Part shown: positions 28,461 through 38,850 of the stretch, piece by piece
Position numbering within the stretch: the first letter of the stretch is position 1
Layout: the number at the start of each line of letters is the position of its first letter
Virus record (IMG/VR): IMGVR_UViG_3300020187_001966
Length of the DNA stretch: 64,000 bases
Source of the DNA: a virus
Lineage: Duplodnaviria > Caudoviricetes
Strand: one strand, 5' to 3'
Program-made: the position numbers and the translations under genes
Notes under the pieces: model-generated
Seen by the model: the letters and a program-made list of their open reading frames with translations, nothing else
What the model was told of the DNA's origin: nothing
The model's database searches: none

Positions 28461-31013
28461 ATGGCAGACTTTACTGATTTTAAAAATGGCTTACAAAATG
28501 CCAATGACTATCTTGATACTAAACATCATTTAAGTGGTACCACTGCTTTAGGTAATAGTAACTTACGAGCAGTAGCACAAGCAGAGTATAGTTTTACATT
28601 ACGTGAACTGTTATGTGGTGTACTAGGCGGCAATGGTATAAAACTTCCAAACATTCAGATTTGTATGAGCGCAAACATTAATGCGCTACTGGGTATTCCA
28701 GCATTACAGGGCGAGCTATATGATGCGTTATCACAATTAGATGGCGCAATGAACGACTTTATGGATCACACTAAGTTAGATAGTATACTTGGACGTCTTA
28801 ATGGTGTATTGGCAGAAGCACAAAATGTTGCTAACATGATTAACTTTTGTAGCGCACCAGTAGATCCAATCGCTATTCCAAATATGTTAGAACGAGCAAT
28901 GGGCAGTTTCCTTGGTGCTGGTAAAAATTTAATTGATCAAATTGGTAGCATTGTACCTGGTCAAGTGTGTGCTTGTATAGGAACAGGCGGCTTTAACGGT
29001 AACGTGTTTAATGGTGGTATACTAGGAAATATTGCTAATAATATTGATGCTATTAATGCTGGATCACTTGGACAAAGTGTAATTGATAGTATACGTAACG
29101 ATATCGAAGGTGTTGCTGGTGGTATTAAAAACTTAATTAGCTTTGAAAATAATATTAATGGATCATACAGTTTAGGCGGAAGCCAATTTGCTACTCCTGA
29201 CCCAAGTTGTAATAGTGGTGTTGGTGTTATGCATAACCCACAAAACGGAAGTGTTGCTAGTAATGCTAGGTTAGCTTCAAGTATGAAAGGTTTATATGAC
29301 AAACTTGCTGGTTACCCAGTTACATATAGACCAGGAACTTCGCTTGGTGGGTCAAATGGATCTGTACCAATTAGCGCAAGTAACTTGTCACAACAAGAAT
29401 CAGATCCAATTGAATACGAAAACATTTTCAAACTATTGTTTGATGATGACTTCCTGACATTATTAGATCAAGCAGATGATCCACAAAGTAATGTAGACAA
29501 TCAAATACCAGTATACGATTATTGTGGTACAATTATTGGTTATACTACACAGGTAGTACAACGTGAAGATGATAAGAGTTTAGGTAGCGATCCTACAGCA
29601 CCCAACAGTCCTGGCTACTTGGCAGGCGGATTAAGTACCAGTGATGGAAATACAGCTACGGATAATCCAACAGTAGCAAGTGGTTCTATTTCAGTACAAA
29701 GCGGCGGTGGTGCTAATGTTTATTTGGTTAATAGTGAAGCTGCACAGTTAGCACTACAAACAAATACAAATGATTTAGTAGTAAGAACAGACATCTTAAC
29801 TATATTTGCCCGTTTAGATACAGCATCATTTAACTTTGGTACAATGTCAGACTATCAACAAAGTAGTGTAACATTTACAGCATTTGGAAAAAACGTTAAT
29901 GAATTGTCTGGTACAGGATTTGTAGCAAAAGATGGCGCAGTTGCTATAGCAAGGTCAATTAATGGTACTAATAATGAAATAACAGTTATTAATGGCAGTG
30001 GCGCTGGTGGCAATCCTACTATTGGTTTAGCTGATAACACAATTATACCAGGACAAGGTTCAATTACTATACCAGTTGGTAGCTCTACTCAACGATCAAC
30101 ACCAGCTAATAGTGGTATGTTACGCTACAACAACACAACTAATGAAGTAGAAGCATATTATGCTAGTACAAATAGTTGGAGAGATATAGCAACAATTGAT
30201 GATATCAATGCTCAAAGTAATATTTTTGTTAACATAGGTACTGGTGTAGAAGTATACAAACAAAAAAATGTCAGTAATGAACAAGAATTCAGAAAAATTA
30301 ATGTTAGTGGTGCTCTTAGTGTTGTACAAAATACTAGTGACATCACTATTAGTGATACACTAACTGCTAGTAATTTAGGTACTGGAGCAGAGATATTTAA
30401 ATCAAGAGTAACAAATGATTTACAATTCAGAAAACTAAAATCGTCCAACAATAGTGTAACGATTACTGAAAACGCTAATGATATTGATTTAACTATACCA
30501 GGTGTAGGAAATACAACCTTAACAACTACTGATGTAACATCAACACCAGCATTGTTTAATGGATTGGTACTTAGCCCTGGTACTAACAAAACTTGGTTCT
30601 TTAAGATTTATGTACTGGCTGGGCAAGCTCAAACTAATCGAGCTTGGCAGATACAAGGCGTAGTACAAGATATTAATGATGCAGATAGTTTTGTTGGCGC
30701 AGTTAGCCGTATAGACTACCAGCGTAATACTGGAGATGCAGAAGCATTTATAACACCTTGGAACGCAACTACCGCATACTCAACTGGTGATCAAGTTGAA
30801 CATGACTTAATTATATACCAAGCAATTAATAATATTTCTGCTAACACTCCAAGTTCTTATACAAGTCCAGATACTAATTATAGTGATTGGACTGTGATTG
30901 ACGCAGGATGGAACGCTACTGTAGCGATCTTTAATAATCAACTATCAATAAGAGTACGTGGAGACACAAGCACTGTAAACTGGAGTGTTAAACTAGAATA
31001 CGTTGAATTATAA
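28461..31013 (+). CDS. Large tail/baseplate-fiber protein with CBM5/12-like module
   Basis: G/N/T/S-rich, GMLRYN fiber motif, WNATTAYSTGDQV motif. Confidence 0.65.
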   Translation: MADFTDFKNGLQNANDYLDTKHHLSGTTALGNSNLRAVAQAEYSFTLRELLCGVLGGNGIKLPNIQICMSANINALLGIPALQGELYDALSQLDGAMNDFMDHTKLDSILGRLNGVLAEAQNVANMINFCSAPVDPIAIPNMLERAMGSFLGAGKNLIDQIGSIVPGQVCACIGTGGFNGNVFNGGILGNIANNIDAINAGSLGQSVIDSIRNDIEGVAGGIKNLISFENNINGSYSLGGSQFATPDPSCNSGVGVMHNPQNGSVASNARLASSMKGLYDKLAGYPVTYRPGTSLGGSNGSVPISASNLSQQESDPIEYENIFKLLFDDDFLTLLDQADDPQSNVDNQIPVYDYCGTIIGYTTQVVQREDDKSLGSDPTAPNSPGYLAGGLSTSDGNTATDNPTVASGSISVQSGGGANVYLVNSEAAQLALQTNTNDLVVRTDILTIFARLDTASFNFGTMSDYQQSSVTFTAFGKNVNELSGTGFVAKDGAVAIARSINGTNNEITVINGSGAGGNPTIGLADNTIIPGQGSITIPVGSSTQRSTPANSGMLRYNNTTNEVEAYYASTNSWRDIATIDDINAQSNIFVNIGTGVEVYKQKNVSNEQEFRKINVSGALSVVQNTSDITISDTLTASNLGTGAEIFKSRVTNDLQFRKLKSSNNSVTITENANDIDLTIPGVGNTTLTTTDVTSTPALFNGLVLSPGTNKTWFFKIYVLAGQAQTNRAWQIQGVVQDINDADSFVGAVSRIDYQRNTGDAEAFITPWNATTAYSTGDQVEHDLIIYQAINNISANTPSSYTSPDTNYSDWTVIDAGWNATVAIFNNQLSIRVRGDTSTVNWSVKLEYVEL

Positions 31014-31125
31014 ATAATACTGAAGAAAACACTTGACAAATAAGTCGTTTTGCCGTATATTATGTGAAGTAATAGGTTATGGTAAGACGTCATGGCACAA
31101 AACACTATAACTTAACTATAGGCAA

Positions 31126-31431
31126 ATGAAAGGCAAAAAAATGAGATCGAAAGATACTGGAGACGGGCGCAAAATTATGGCAAAGGTCGAAGTACCCTTG
31201 GGGGTAGACGACATAACATTATACGCATTAAGATACCTCGATGAGATTGGAGATAACGATCCACGAGAAACTGTATTATCAAGCACAAAAAGAGAAATAT
31301 TTGGATTTGCGAAAAGAGCATTGTTCTTATACGGCGCAAATGAACCAAAACACTATGTAACAAACAAACTTAACGGACAAGTAAAAGTAGTTCGTAAAAT
31401 TGTAGAATATAAATTTCCAGAGTGTGATTAA
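31126..31431 (+). CDS. Hypothetical protein
   Basis: Downstream of TTGACA promoter at 31035. Confidence 0.6.
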   Translation: MKGKKMRSKDTGDGRKIMAKVEVPLGVDDITLYALRYLDEIGDNDPRETVLSSTKREIFGFAKRALFLYGANEPKHYVTNKLNGQVKVVRKIVEYKFPECD

Positions 31432-31661
31432 TGAGTAATGTAATAAACTTCAATCTAGAGAGAGCAGTGCGTAAAAGCGGATTGCATCGAGCAGAATGTA
31501 AACAAATGATTGAAGACGGATTTGATCCACTGGTTCCAAATGATGTAGAAGAATACGGTGACTGGTTTTCAGTAACTGGTAATTTCCATCAGGAACACAA
31601 TTGGACAGATGAAGCAATACATATGTTGCTTACTGAAATTTTAGCTCAAGACCCAGAATAA
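31431..31661 (+). CDS. Hypothetical protein
   Basis: TAATG-coupled ORF. Confidence 0.6.
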   Translation: MSNVINFNLERAVRKSGLHRAECKQMIEDGFDPLVPNDVEEYGDWFSVTGNFHQEHNWTDEAIHMLLTEILAQDPE

Positions 31662-31690
31662 ATACATAAAACAAAGAAGTGGACTAAAAC

Positions 31691-32221
31691 TTGAGCGATA
31701 CCCTGGTTTTGAATGCAGACGCACAACCTGTTAGTTTCTTACCATTAAGTGTGGTACAATGGAAAGAAGCAGTAATGTATATGTACCATGATAAATGCAC
31801 AGTGCTTGACTGGTATGACGATTGGATTGTCCGATCTCCCAGTTGGGAAACAAAAGTGCCAGCAGTTATTATGCTGAAAGATTTTAAGCACAAAACACGT
31901 AGGCCCCGATTTAGCAAAAATAATTTGTTTTTGCGAGATTTATATGAGTGTGGCTACTGTGGCGAAAGACATCTGAAAAGTGAACTTACAATGGACCATG
32001 TCCGACCTGTATCAAAAGGCGGCAAGACATCCTGGGTCAATTGTATTACCGCATGTAAGCCTTGTAACTGGAGTAAAAGTGATAAAGTAGGACCAAATTG
32101 GCGTCCGCTATATAAGCCTTACCAACCAGGATACTATGAACTTGTACGCAAACGTAAGCAATTAGATTTTGCTGTACGACATCCAAGCTGGTATCAGTGG
32201 CTTGATTTAGAAGATACTTAA
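31691..32221 (+). CDS. HNH endonuclease (McrA/HNH_5-like)
   Basis: TLVLNAD, LRDLYECGYC, TMDHVRP..KGGKTSW.NCITAC..CN..K. Confidence 0.9.
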   Translation: MSDTLVLNADAQPVSFLPLSVVQWKEAVMYMYHDKCTVLDWYDDWIVRSPSWETKVPAVIMLKDFKHKTRRPRFSKNNLFLRDLYECGYCGERHLKSELTMDHVRPVSKGGKTSWVNCITACKPCNWSKSDKVGPNWRPLYKPYQPGYYELVRKRKQLDFAVRHPSWYQWLDLEDT

Positions 32222-32323
32222 AAACTTCTTGACAACTTATAACATTTATGTTAATATATTGAAGTTGTGTGACTGTTCACACACCGGGAGACATAACCCG
32301 TAAAACCTAAAAGGAGATAAACT

Positions 32324-32554
32324 ATGGATATTCTTAAAAAGATTAAAGGATGGGCTGCTGGCCTAACAGACTTGGGACTTTCAATTGTAGCACTACTGCT
32401 AGTTGTTGAAGTACTAGGATTAGGAGCGATTCCGTTCTTCCCAGAAACAAGTGTAGTAAGCAACGTATCAGCGATGCTAGGCACACTAAGCGCAGAAGGC
32501 CTAATGGGCTTGATTGCTATCTGGGTACTATATGCTATTTGGAATAGAAAATAG
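32324..32554 (+). CDS. Small membrane protein
   Basis: Two hydrophobic helices; AAGGAG RBS; leader with two short hairpins. Confidence 0.7.
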   Translation: MDILKKIKGWAAGLTDLGLSIVALLLVVEVLGLGAIPFFPETSVVSNVSAMLGTLSAEGLMGLIAIWVLYAIWNRK

Positions 32555-32579
32555 ACAGGATTTAATTTAAAAAAAATTA

Positions 32580-32660
32580 TAACCTATTGAAAACGCAGGA
32601 AACTTTTCCTGCGTTTTTGCTTGACACCAAGACGTTTTGGTGCTATAGTCGTAGTATGAT
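32580..32660 (+). promoter_or_regulatory. Repeated early promoter module, copy 2
   Basis: TAACCTATTGAAA + 13-bp inverted repeat + TTGACA-CCAAGACGTTTTGGTGC-TATAGT. Confidence 0.7.
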
Positions 32661-32679
32661 AACAAACAAGGAAACAAAA

Positions 32680-33009
32680 ATGATGCTTACAGGTTACACA
32701 GAACAAAAAGTTATTGAAAACTTTGCTGACGCATATTTAGATGGAGATGTAGTTCGTTGGGTATCCAATGACCGTGTTCCATTTCTTGATATGGTAACTG
32801 ACTTTGCAACATTAGGTTTGATTGCTGATTTTCAAGTTGAAATTTCTGAAAACACTCGTAAGATTGAACAGACATCATTCTTAAAAGAGTACATGATTTC
32901 ACAAGCTAACCGTTCAGAAGAACAAAAGAACGAAGAGCGTATGATGGCGCAAGCAGCATTTGGTCCAGATACTAAAGTTGTTAACGTAATTACAGGAGAA
33001 GTTTTATAA
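32680..33009 (+). CDS. Hypothetical early protein
   Basis: Start after AAGGA RBS; AAFGPDTKVVNVITG motif. Confidence 0.65.
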   Translation: MMLTGYTEQKVIENFADAYLDGDVVRWVSNDRVPFLDMVTDFATLGLIADFQVEISENTRKIEQTSFLKEYMISQANRSEEQKNEERMMAQAAFGPDTKVVNVITGEVL

Positions 33010-33320
33010 TGTATAATATGGAAACTGCACTAGTTGACTATATCAACGCTCAACGCAAAGAAGCTGAAGAGTTTTCAAAGCAACCTGGTTGTTGGATGGG
33101 TATGATTCCTGCGGCAACTGAAACTGAGTATTGGAATGATCGTGTTCCTTCAGGTACTCTTAAAGAATATAACCGTATTCAACTTGTAGAAGATGCGTAC
33201 TATATTACTGCTGATTATGTCAGTAAAAGTTATGCCCGTTCTTTAGACTTTGCTAATTGGAAAGATAGTGCTATTGAACGTCACATTGAAAATATTTGTA
33301 GAGAAAAGGAAGCTGCGTAA
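33009..33320 (+). CDS. Hypothetical early protein
   Basis: Coupled ORF. Confidence 0.65.
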   Translation: MYNMETALVDYINAQRKEAEEFSKQPGCWMGMIPAATETEYWNDRVPSGTLKEYNRIQLVEDAYYITADYVSKSYARSLDFANWKDSAIERHIENICREKEAA

Positions 33321-33574
33321 TGACTATTGAATCACAACTACCAATTGATGTACTCAATAAAATTGAGAACGTATATGATGATGTACACGGCGGGCCATAT
33401 GATCGTGGTGGCGCTGACAGTTATTATGGACGATCTTTTGATCCACATTACTGGCCTCAAGGTACACAAAAAGGTGCTCGTGTTGAAATGAAAGACATGA
33501 CTCCACTGGAAATTACTGCCTATACCAAAGGCTTTAATGATAATGAAGACGCAGGTATGTTTAAGGAATGGTAA
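33320..33574 (+). CDS. Hypothetical early protein
   Basis: HGGPYDRGGADSYYGR motif. Confidence 0.7.
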   Translation: MTIESQLPIDVLNKIENVYDDVHGGPYDRGGADSYYGRSFDPHYWPQGTQKGARVEMKDMTPLEITAYTKGFNDNEDAGMFKEW

Positions 33575-33632
33575 TTAATGCTTGACATTTGTAGTTTTAA
33601 TCTATATATTATTTAAGTAAGGAGTGTTTATT

Positions 33633-33857
33633 ATGGCTACATTTGAAATTGAAACAATTGAATACAACAGACACGGAAGTGTTAAAAAAGAATGTGAACT
33701 ATTTGGTAGTAAAAAAGAAGCTATCAATCATATGAGAAAGAAAATTAAAGATCGTCATGGCTTACTACAACGAGGTGAGATTAAAGACGGCGAAGTTAAA
33801 CTTCTCGATGACCGAGGAACTGTCCGACAGAAAATTAAATTTGGACAGATTATATAA
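33633..33857 (+). CDS. Hypothetical protein
   Basis: AAGGAG RBS and promoter upstream. Confidence 0.6.
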   Translation: MATFEIETIEYNRHGSVKKECELFGSKKEAINHMRKKIKDRHGLLQRGEIKDGEVKLLDDRGTVRQKIKFGQII

Positions 33858-33881
33858 ACTCTTATACATGAGGCAAAGAGT

Positions 33882-34376
33882 ATGAAAAAACTTATTATGG
33901 CAGTTATGATGTTTTTCGCATTTACTCCAGTATCATCAGCAACAGACTTTAAGCTAATTGAAGAATTTCCTGAAGTACGCTGTATGGCATTAAACATCTA
34001 CTACGAAGCACGAGGAAGTAATTTAGCAGACAGAGCAGGTGTTGCTGATGTAGTTCTTAATCGTGTAAACGATATACGTTATCCCGATACAATCTGCGAA
34101 GTAGTCAAGCAGGGGTTACAAGATGATAACGGTAACATGCGCCGTAACAAGTGCCAATTTAGTTGGTACTGTGACGGCAAAGCAGATAACCCACAAAACC
34201 AAGATCTTTGGGTAGATGCTCAAACTCTTGCGTGGAACGTAGTTCAAAACGGCAAGCACCGTGGACTAACAGAAGGCGCAACACACTACCACGCTACATA
34301 TGTACAGCCTAATTGGGCGTCATCCTTACAGCTAGTAGGACGTATTGGTGCGCATATTTTTTATCGTTGGGAATGA
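33882..34376 (+). CDS. Cell wall hydrolase (SleB/Hydrolase_2 family)
   Basis: Signal peptide, CMALNIYYEARG, VVLNRV, CQFSWYCDG, GATHYHA. Confidence 0.92.
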   Translation: MKKLIMAVMMFFAFTPVSSATDFKLIEEFPEVRCMALNIYYEARGSNLADRAGVADVVLNRVNDIRYPDTICEVVKQGLQDDNGNMRRNKCQFSWYCDGKADNPQNQDLWVDAQTLAWNVVQNGKHRGLTEGATHYHATYVQPNWASSLQLVGRIGAHIFYRWE

Positions 34377-34394
34377 AAATACATAAATATATGT

Positions 34395-35090
34395 ATGAAA
34401 ATTAACGAAGTAATAAATCAACCACTTGAAGAAGGTCCAAACGACCCTCATATTTTTAAAGCAGTGTTTATGGCCGGTGGCCCAGGTTCTGGAAAGTCTT
34501 ATGTGGCTAGAAAGATGCTTGGATCTAGCGGCCTTAAATCTGTTAATAGTGATGAGATTTATGAATATTTGGCGCAGAAACAAGATATGGATCTTGGAGA
34601 TCCAGAAGTTGTTGGTAGTCAAGCAGGTCAAGAAGTACGTGATAAAGCCAAAGAGCTTACACAGAAAAGACGTACTCAATATTTAGATGGTCGTCTAGGT
34701 CTTGTTATTGATGGTACAGGCAAAGATGTTGCTAAAGTACAAAAAGATAGTAATGCGCTAAAGTCATTGGGATACGAAACAATGATGGTGTATGTAAACA
34801 CAAGTGAAGAAGTAGCACAAGAACGTAATAAGCAACGTGCTAGAAGTATTCCAGCTGAAATGGTTTCCAAAATGTGGAACCAAGTTCAACAAAATCTAAT
34901 GCAGTTTCAGCAAGTTTTTGGCGCCGCTGATTTCCATGTAGTTGATAACAGCGGGGGTCAAGAAAACCCAGCTCGTGAACAGAACTTTAATCAAGTATTC
35001 AAAAACGTACAAAAGTTTTTAACAACGCCGCCTAACGATCGGCGTGCGCAAAAATGGTTGGCTGCCCAAAAGCCTAATCAGGAACAATAA
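34395..35090 (+). CDS. P-loop kinase, zeta-toxin/AAA_33-like
   Basis: FMAGGPGSGKS, VNSD, VIDGTG, ERNKQR motifs. Confidence 0.8.
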   Translation: MKINEVINQPLEEGPNDPHIFKAVFMAGGPGSGKSYVARKMLGSSGLKSVNSDEIYEYLAQKQDMDLGDPEVVGSQAGQEVRDKAKELTQKRRTQYLDGRLGLVIDGTGKDVAKVQKDSNALKSLGYETMMVYVNTSEEVAQERNKQRARSIPAEMVSKMWNQVQQNLMQFQQVFGAADFHVVDNSGGQENPAREQNFNQVFKNVQKFLTTPPNDRRAQKWLAAQKPNQEQ

Positions 35091-35091
35091 A

Positions 35092-35439
35092 ATGTACGAT
35101 TATAAATGTTTAACAATGCGAGTTATTGACGGCAGTACGATAGATGCTGAAATCGATCTTGGCTTTAATGTATTAGTACGACAACGTATTAAACTTCATG
35201 GAGTAAATGCTCCTGATATTAAAAGCTCTGATCCAAAAGAAAAAGAACGTGCGCAAAAAGCACGTAATCGACTAGCAGAGCTAGTTGGAAAAGAATTTTA
35301 CTGTCATACAATTATGAATAAGCGTGGCAAGGCTGGTAGAACTCTTGGACATGTCCATATTATGGACGCTAATGAAAACCGTATTGACGTAAATCAGATT
35401 CTTATAAACGAAGGCCTAGCCACTCGGTACGGAGATTAA
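35092..35439 (+). CDS. SNase/thermonuclease-like nuclease
   Basis: RVIDGSTID...DLGF, RIKLHGVNAPD, GKAGRTLG, VNQILINEGLA. Confidence 0.8.
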   Translation: MYDYKCLTMRVIDGSTIDAEIDLGFNVLVRQRIKLHGVNAPDIKSSDPKEKERAQKARNRLAELVGKEFYCHTIMNKRGKAGRTLGHVHIMDANENRIDVNQILINEGLATRYGD

Positions 35440-35442
35440 ATC

Positions 35443-37449
35443 ATGTTATTTGGTATTTTAACTTTATTAGTCGCACTAACTATCAGTGGAGTTGCGATTT
35501 ACTATAGTGTAGCAGGGCTAGTTGCTATATTTGCAGCAGCAAGTATTCCTATTATTATAATGGGCGGCGCACTAGAAATTGGCAAACTAGTGGCGGCTGT
35601 ATGGTTACACAAATATTGGGATCGAGCAGCCTGGTGGTTGAGAGTATATCTTAGTATAGCAGTACTAGTACTGATGTTTATTACAAGCATGGGTATCTTT
35701 GGATTCTTATCTAAAGCACATATTGAACAAACTGCCGCCGCTAATGAACAAGTGGCAACACTGGAAAGATTTGATGCGGAGATTGGCAGAGAACAAGAGA
35801 TTATTACTAGAGCTAATGAACGTATTGCCAAAGGAGAAGCTGATGCTGACAAAGAAGATGTTGGTATACAAGAAAAAATAGATAAAGAACAACAACGTAT
35901 TGATGGCGCATATACAAGACGTCAACCTAGCATACAAGAGCAACTTGATATTATTAGTGCCGCTGAACTAGCACTTGATGGAAGAGTTGCTGTATTTTCA
36001 GATGAAATAGCTAGCTTAGATACAGAAATAGTAAGATTAAATGGATTAATATCAGAGCTTAGAACACAGTTATCCAATACAAGTGTAGCAAGTGTAGAGG
36101 AACAAATACAGCCTTATAGAGATCAAATTACACAACTTGATAATGATATTACTAGACTAGACACCCAAGCGGCAGATTATGAAGCTCGTATTAGTGAACT
36201 AGTACCAGACTATAGTGCAGTTGATACACTAAAAGCACAAATTACAGCAATTGAGGAATCAATTGTTATTACCACAAACAAACTACAAAGTACAGAACGT
36301 GCTAAAATACAAGAAGGTCAGGCAGTAATTGGTGTTACTAGTGACGGACTATTTGGCAGTAATACAACTCGTGCGCTAAATGCTTGGGTAACAGCACAGC
36401 AAGAACGCATCGCACAATTACAATCACAAGAGACAGAACTAAGATCACAAGCACAATTAGTTATTAGTTCAGAGCGTGAACGTTTAACTGGCTTAGTTAC
36501 AGGGCTACGAGGATCACAAACAGAAAGTGTACAAGCACGTAAGCAAGGACTATTAGATACAATTGATCGTATTAGAAATGATGCGTCAAGTAGTTTACAA
36601 ACACAACGTGATAACATACAAACAAAAATTACTATAGTACTTGATACAGACATACCTGCTGTTAGAGAGCAACGTAAACTAGCACAGGATAGTATTACTG
36701 ATTTACGTAACTCACCAGATCGTAAAATTGAAAATGCGCAAGCAGAAATGGCTAGACTACGTGAACTAGCAGAAGCAGAGATTTTACAGTCACAAAGTGT
36801 TATTGAAAGATTACGTGCTGAAATTCAGATAGGCGATGATGTAGATTTAGATACATTAACTGACGCACAGTTAGCTAGAATTAAAACAGCAAACGATAAT
36901 ATTGACCGTATTACAAATGAAAAGTTTGCGCTACAAGCAGAAGCTAGAAAGCTAGAAGCAGAAGTAGGACCTGTTAAGTATTTGGCAGAGTTTATATACG
37001 AGGATGCTGATCGCACTACACTAGAAGATGCAGTACGTTGGGTAATACTCATTATTATATTTGTGTTTGATCCATTAGCAGTTGCACTACTAATTGCAGC
37101 ACAGTATATATTTGAATGGCGTAGAGCAGATCGAGGATTGCCGCCAAGAGATCCGCCACCAGTAAAAAAGCCTAAGCCTGTAGTTGAACCAATAGTGGAA
37201 GAAAAGCAGGAAAGCATACTACCAGAATTACAAGAAGTTACTAACAACACAGTAAAGACTCCTATGGCAAAAGTTGTTAAACCTAAGCCAGATAATAAAA
37301 AGGTTGACAAACCGCTATATGACCCGTATACTGATACAAGACCAACAAGTAAATTAAGCCCTAGTGAACGTAACGCAAGAACTGTCATATGGCCTGATGA
37401 TTATGATGGAAAGTTGGCTCCACCTAAACCATATAAAGAGGATGAGTAA
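35443..37449 (+). CDS. Membrane-anchored long coiled-coil protein with PG-binding-like insert
   Basis: Three N-terminal TMs, heptad repeats, DGLFGSNT motif, VGPVKYLAE, FDPLAV TM. Confidence 0.75.
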   Translation: MLFGILTLLVALTISGVAIYYSVAGLVAIFAAASIPIIIMGGALEIGKLVAAVWLHKYWDRAAWWLRVYLSIAVLVLMFITSMGIFGFLSKAHIEQTAAANEQVATLERFDAEIGREQEIITRANERIAKGEADADKEDVGIQEKIDKEQQRIDGAYTRRQPSIQEQLDIISAAELALDGRVAVFSDEIASLDTEIVRLNGLISELRTQLSNTSVASVEEQIQPYRDQITQLDNDITRLDTQAADYEARISELVPDYSAVDTLKAQITAIEESIVITTNKLQSTERAKIQEGQAVIGVTSDGLFGSNTTRALNAWVTAQQERIAQLQSQETELRSQAQLVISSERERLTGLVTGLRGSQTESVQARKQGLLDTIDRIRNDASSSLQTQRDNIQTKITIVLDTDIPAVREQRKLAQDSITDLRNSPDRKIENAQAEMARLRELAEAEILQSQSVIERLRAEIQIGDDVDLDTLTDAQLARIKTANDNIDRITNEKFALQAEARKLEAEVGPVKYLAEFIYEDADRTTLEDAVRWVILIIIFVFDPLAVALLIAAQYIFEWRRADRGLPPRDPPPVKKPKPVVEPIVEEKQESILPELQEVTNNTVKTPMAKVVKPKPDNKKVDKPLYDPYTDTRPTSKLSPSERNARTVIWPDDYDGKLAPPKPYKEDE

Positions 37450-37455
37450 ACCCCA

Positions 37456-37872
37456 ATGAGGGAAAACAGTATATACCACATATCACCGCCAGACATGAAG
37501 TTATTAGATGCTGGTCCAGTTGTCACAGTTTTATCTAATAATAGTAAATTTTTAGATGACATTGAACGAGTACATGAAGCAATGTACAAAAGTGTACCTG
37601 TTGTAATTTATAATGCTAATGGACCAATTAATGATAACAACATAGCCTGGCTAATTAGTACAATGAGACTTAGTGACAATGTTTTTGTAGATTTGGACAC
37701 TGTTACACAAACTGAATTAGTAGCAAGTATACTAAACGAATCTAACACAATTTACTTTAGTAAAGAAGATCGTCAGTCTGATATATTAAAACTATTTAAT
37801 ATACGGAAAGAATATACAGTATATAGTGATACTGATGAATATATGATGATGATTACAAATGAATACATATAA
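37456..37872 (+). CDS. Hypothetical protein
   Basis: Full ORF. Confidence 0.65.
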   Translation: MRENSIYHISPPDMKLLDAGPVVTVLSNNSKFLDDIERVHEAMYKSVPVVIYNANGPINDNNIAWLISTMRLSDNVFVDLDTVTQTELVASILNESNTIYFSKEDRQSDILKLFNIRKEYTVYSDTDEYMMMITNEYI

Positions 37873-37910
37873 AGGAGAAAGTATGATTACCAAACAATAT
37901 ATAGGCCCAA

Positions 37911-38444
37911 ATGAAAAAATTTAGCAAACCAGAACCTAAAACACCTATTAACGGACAAATACGTTACAGTGAGTTAAGAGTAGTTGACGATCAAGGTCAA
38001 CTTGGAGTTATGCATAAGTCAAAAGCACTAAAAATTGCTGAGAGTAGAGGATTAGATTTAGTAGTAATAACTGAATCTGCCAAACCTCCTATCGCTAAGA
38101 TTTTAGATGCTAATAAATATCTCTACGAACAAAAGCGGCGTGAAAAAGATCTAGCCAAACGGCAACGTGAAAGCCGTATTGAAGTAAAAGAGATACAGTT
38201 TAAACCTAATATTGGTGATCATGATTTTGACACTAAACTAAAAAATATTGAAAAATTCCTTAGTAAAGGAAATAAAGTAAAACTAATGGTGCGTTTTAGA
38301 GGCCGAGAAAACGCAAATAAACAGGTAGGATTTGAGATACTTGCTCGTGTAGTAGATACACTTGAGGAAGTTGAATGGGATTCAAAGCCTAGTTTAAATG
38401 GTAATCGGCTAATAGGAATATTAAAACGAGGAAAAAATGGATAG
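37911..38444 (+). CDS. infC: Translation initiation factor IF-3
   Basis: INGQIR, LDLVVI...PPIAKILD..KY.YE, KEIQFKPNIGDHDF, FRGRE. Confidence 0.93.
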   Translation: MKKFSKPEPKTPINGQIRYSELRVVDDQGQLGVMHKSKALKIAESRGLDLVVITESAKPPIAKILDANKYLYEQKRREKDLAKRQRESRIEVKEIQFKPNIGDHDFDTKLKNIEKFLSKGNKVKLMVRFRGRENANKQVGFEILARVVDTLEEVEWDSKPSLNGNRLIGILKRGKNG

Positions 38445-38685
38445 AGATAATAGAAAACCAAGAAGACGAGAACAAAAAGAAAATAGAGGACTACAAGTAG
38501 ACGTACACAATAACGACATAGCTCGTGCGCTACGTAAACTAAAGAAAATGGTAAACAATGAAGGCTTGCTTAAAGAGCTTCGTGACCGTGAATATTTTGA
38601 GAAGCCAAGTCTAAAGCGTAAAAAGGCTAAAGCAGCGGCACGTAAACGCTGGCTAAAAGAACAACAAAAAAACTCCAATAGATAG
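38437..38685 (+). CDS. rpsU: Ribosomal protein bS21
   Basis: ALRKLKK...LKELRDREYFEKPSLKRK. Confidence 0.92.
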   Translation: MDRDNRKPRRREQKENRGLQVDVHNNDIARALRKLKKMVNNEGLLKELRDREYFEKPSLKRKKAKAAARKRWLKEQQKNSNR

Positions 38686-38850
38686 CTTGACAATCAGTAC
38701 CGTATGTACTATATTAGTATTACGATAAGAAATGCCACTCAATGCGCTAGTCGTCAAGTGAGCAAGATAAGAAATACATATACAGAACTACGGGTTGCTA
38801 CGAAATAAGCACGTGGTGGGCGATAGTTAGCCTACCGACACATAAATAAC

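Noticed and set aside
32268-32305. Riboswitch in the leader of the 32324 membrane protein
   Set aside because: Only two short hairpins (GTGTGA/TCACAC, CGGG/CCCG), with no recognisable aptamer consensus or expression platform.
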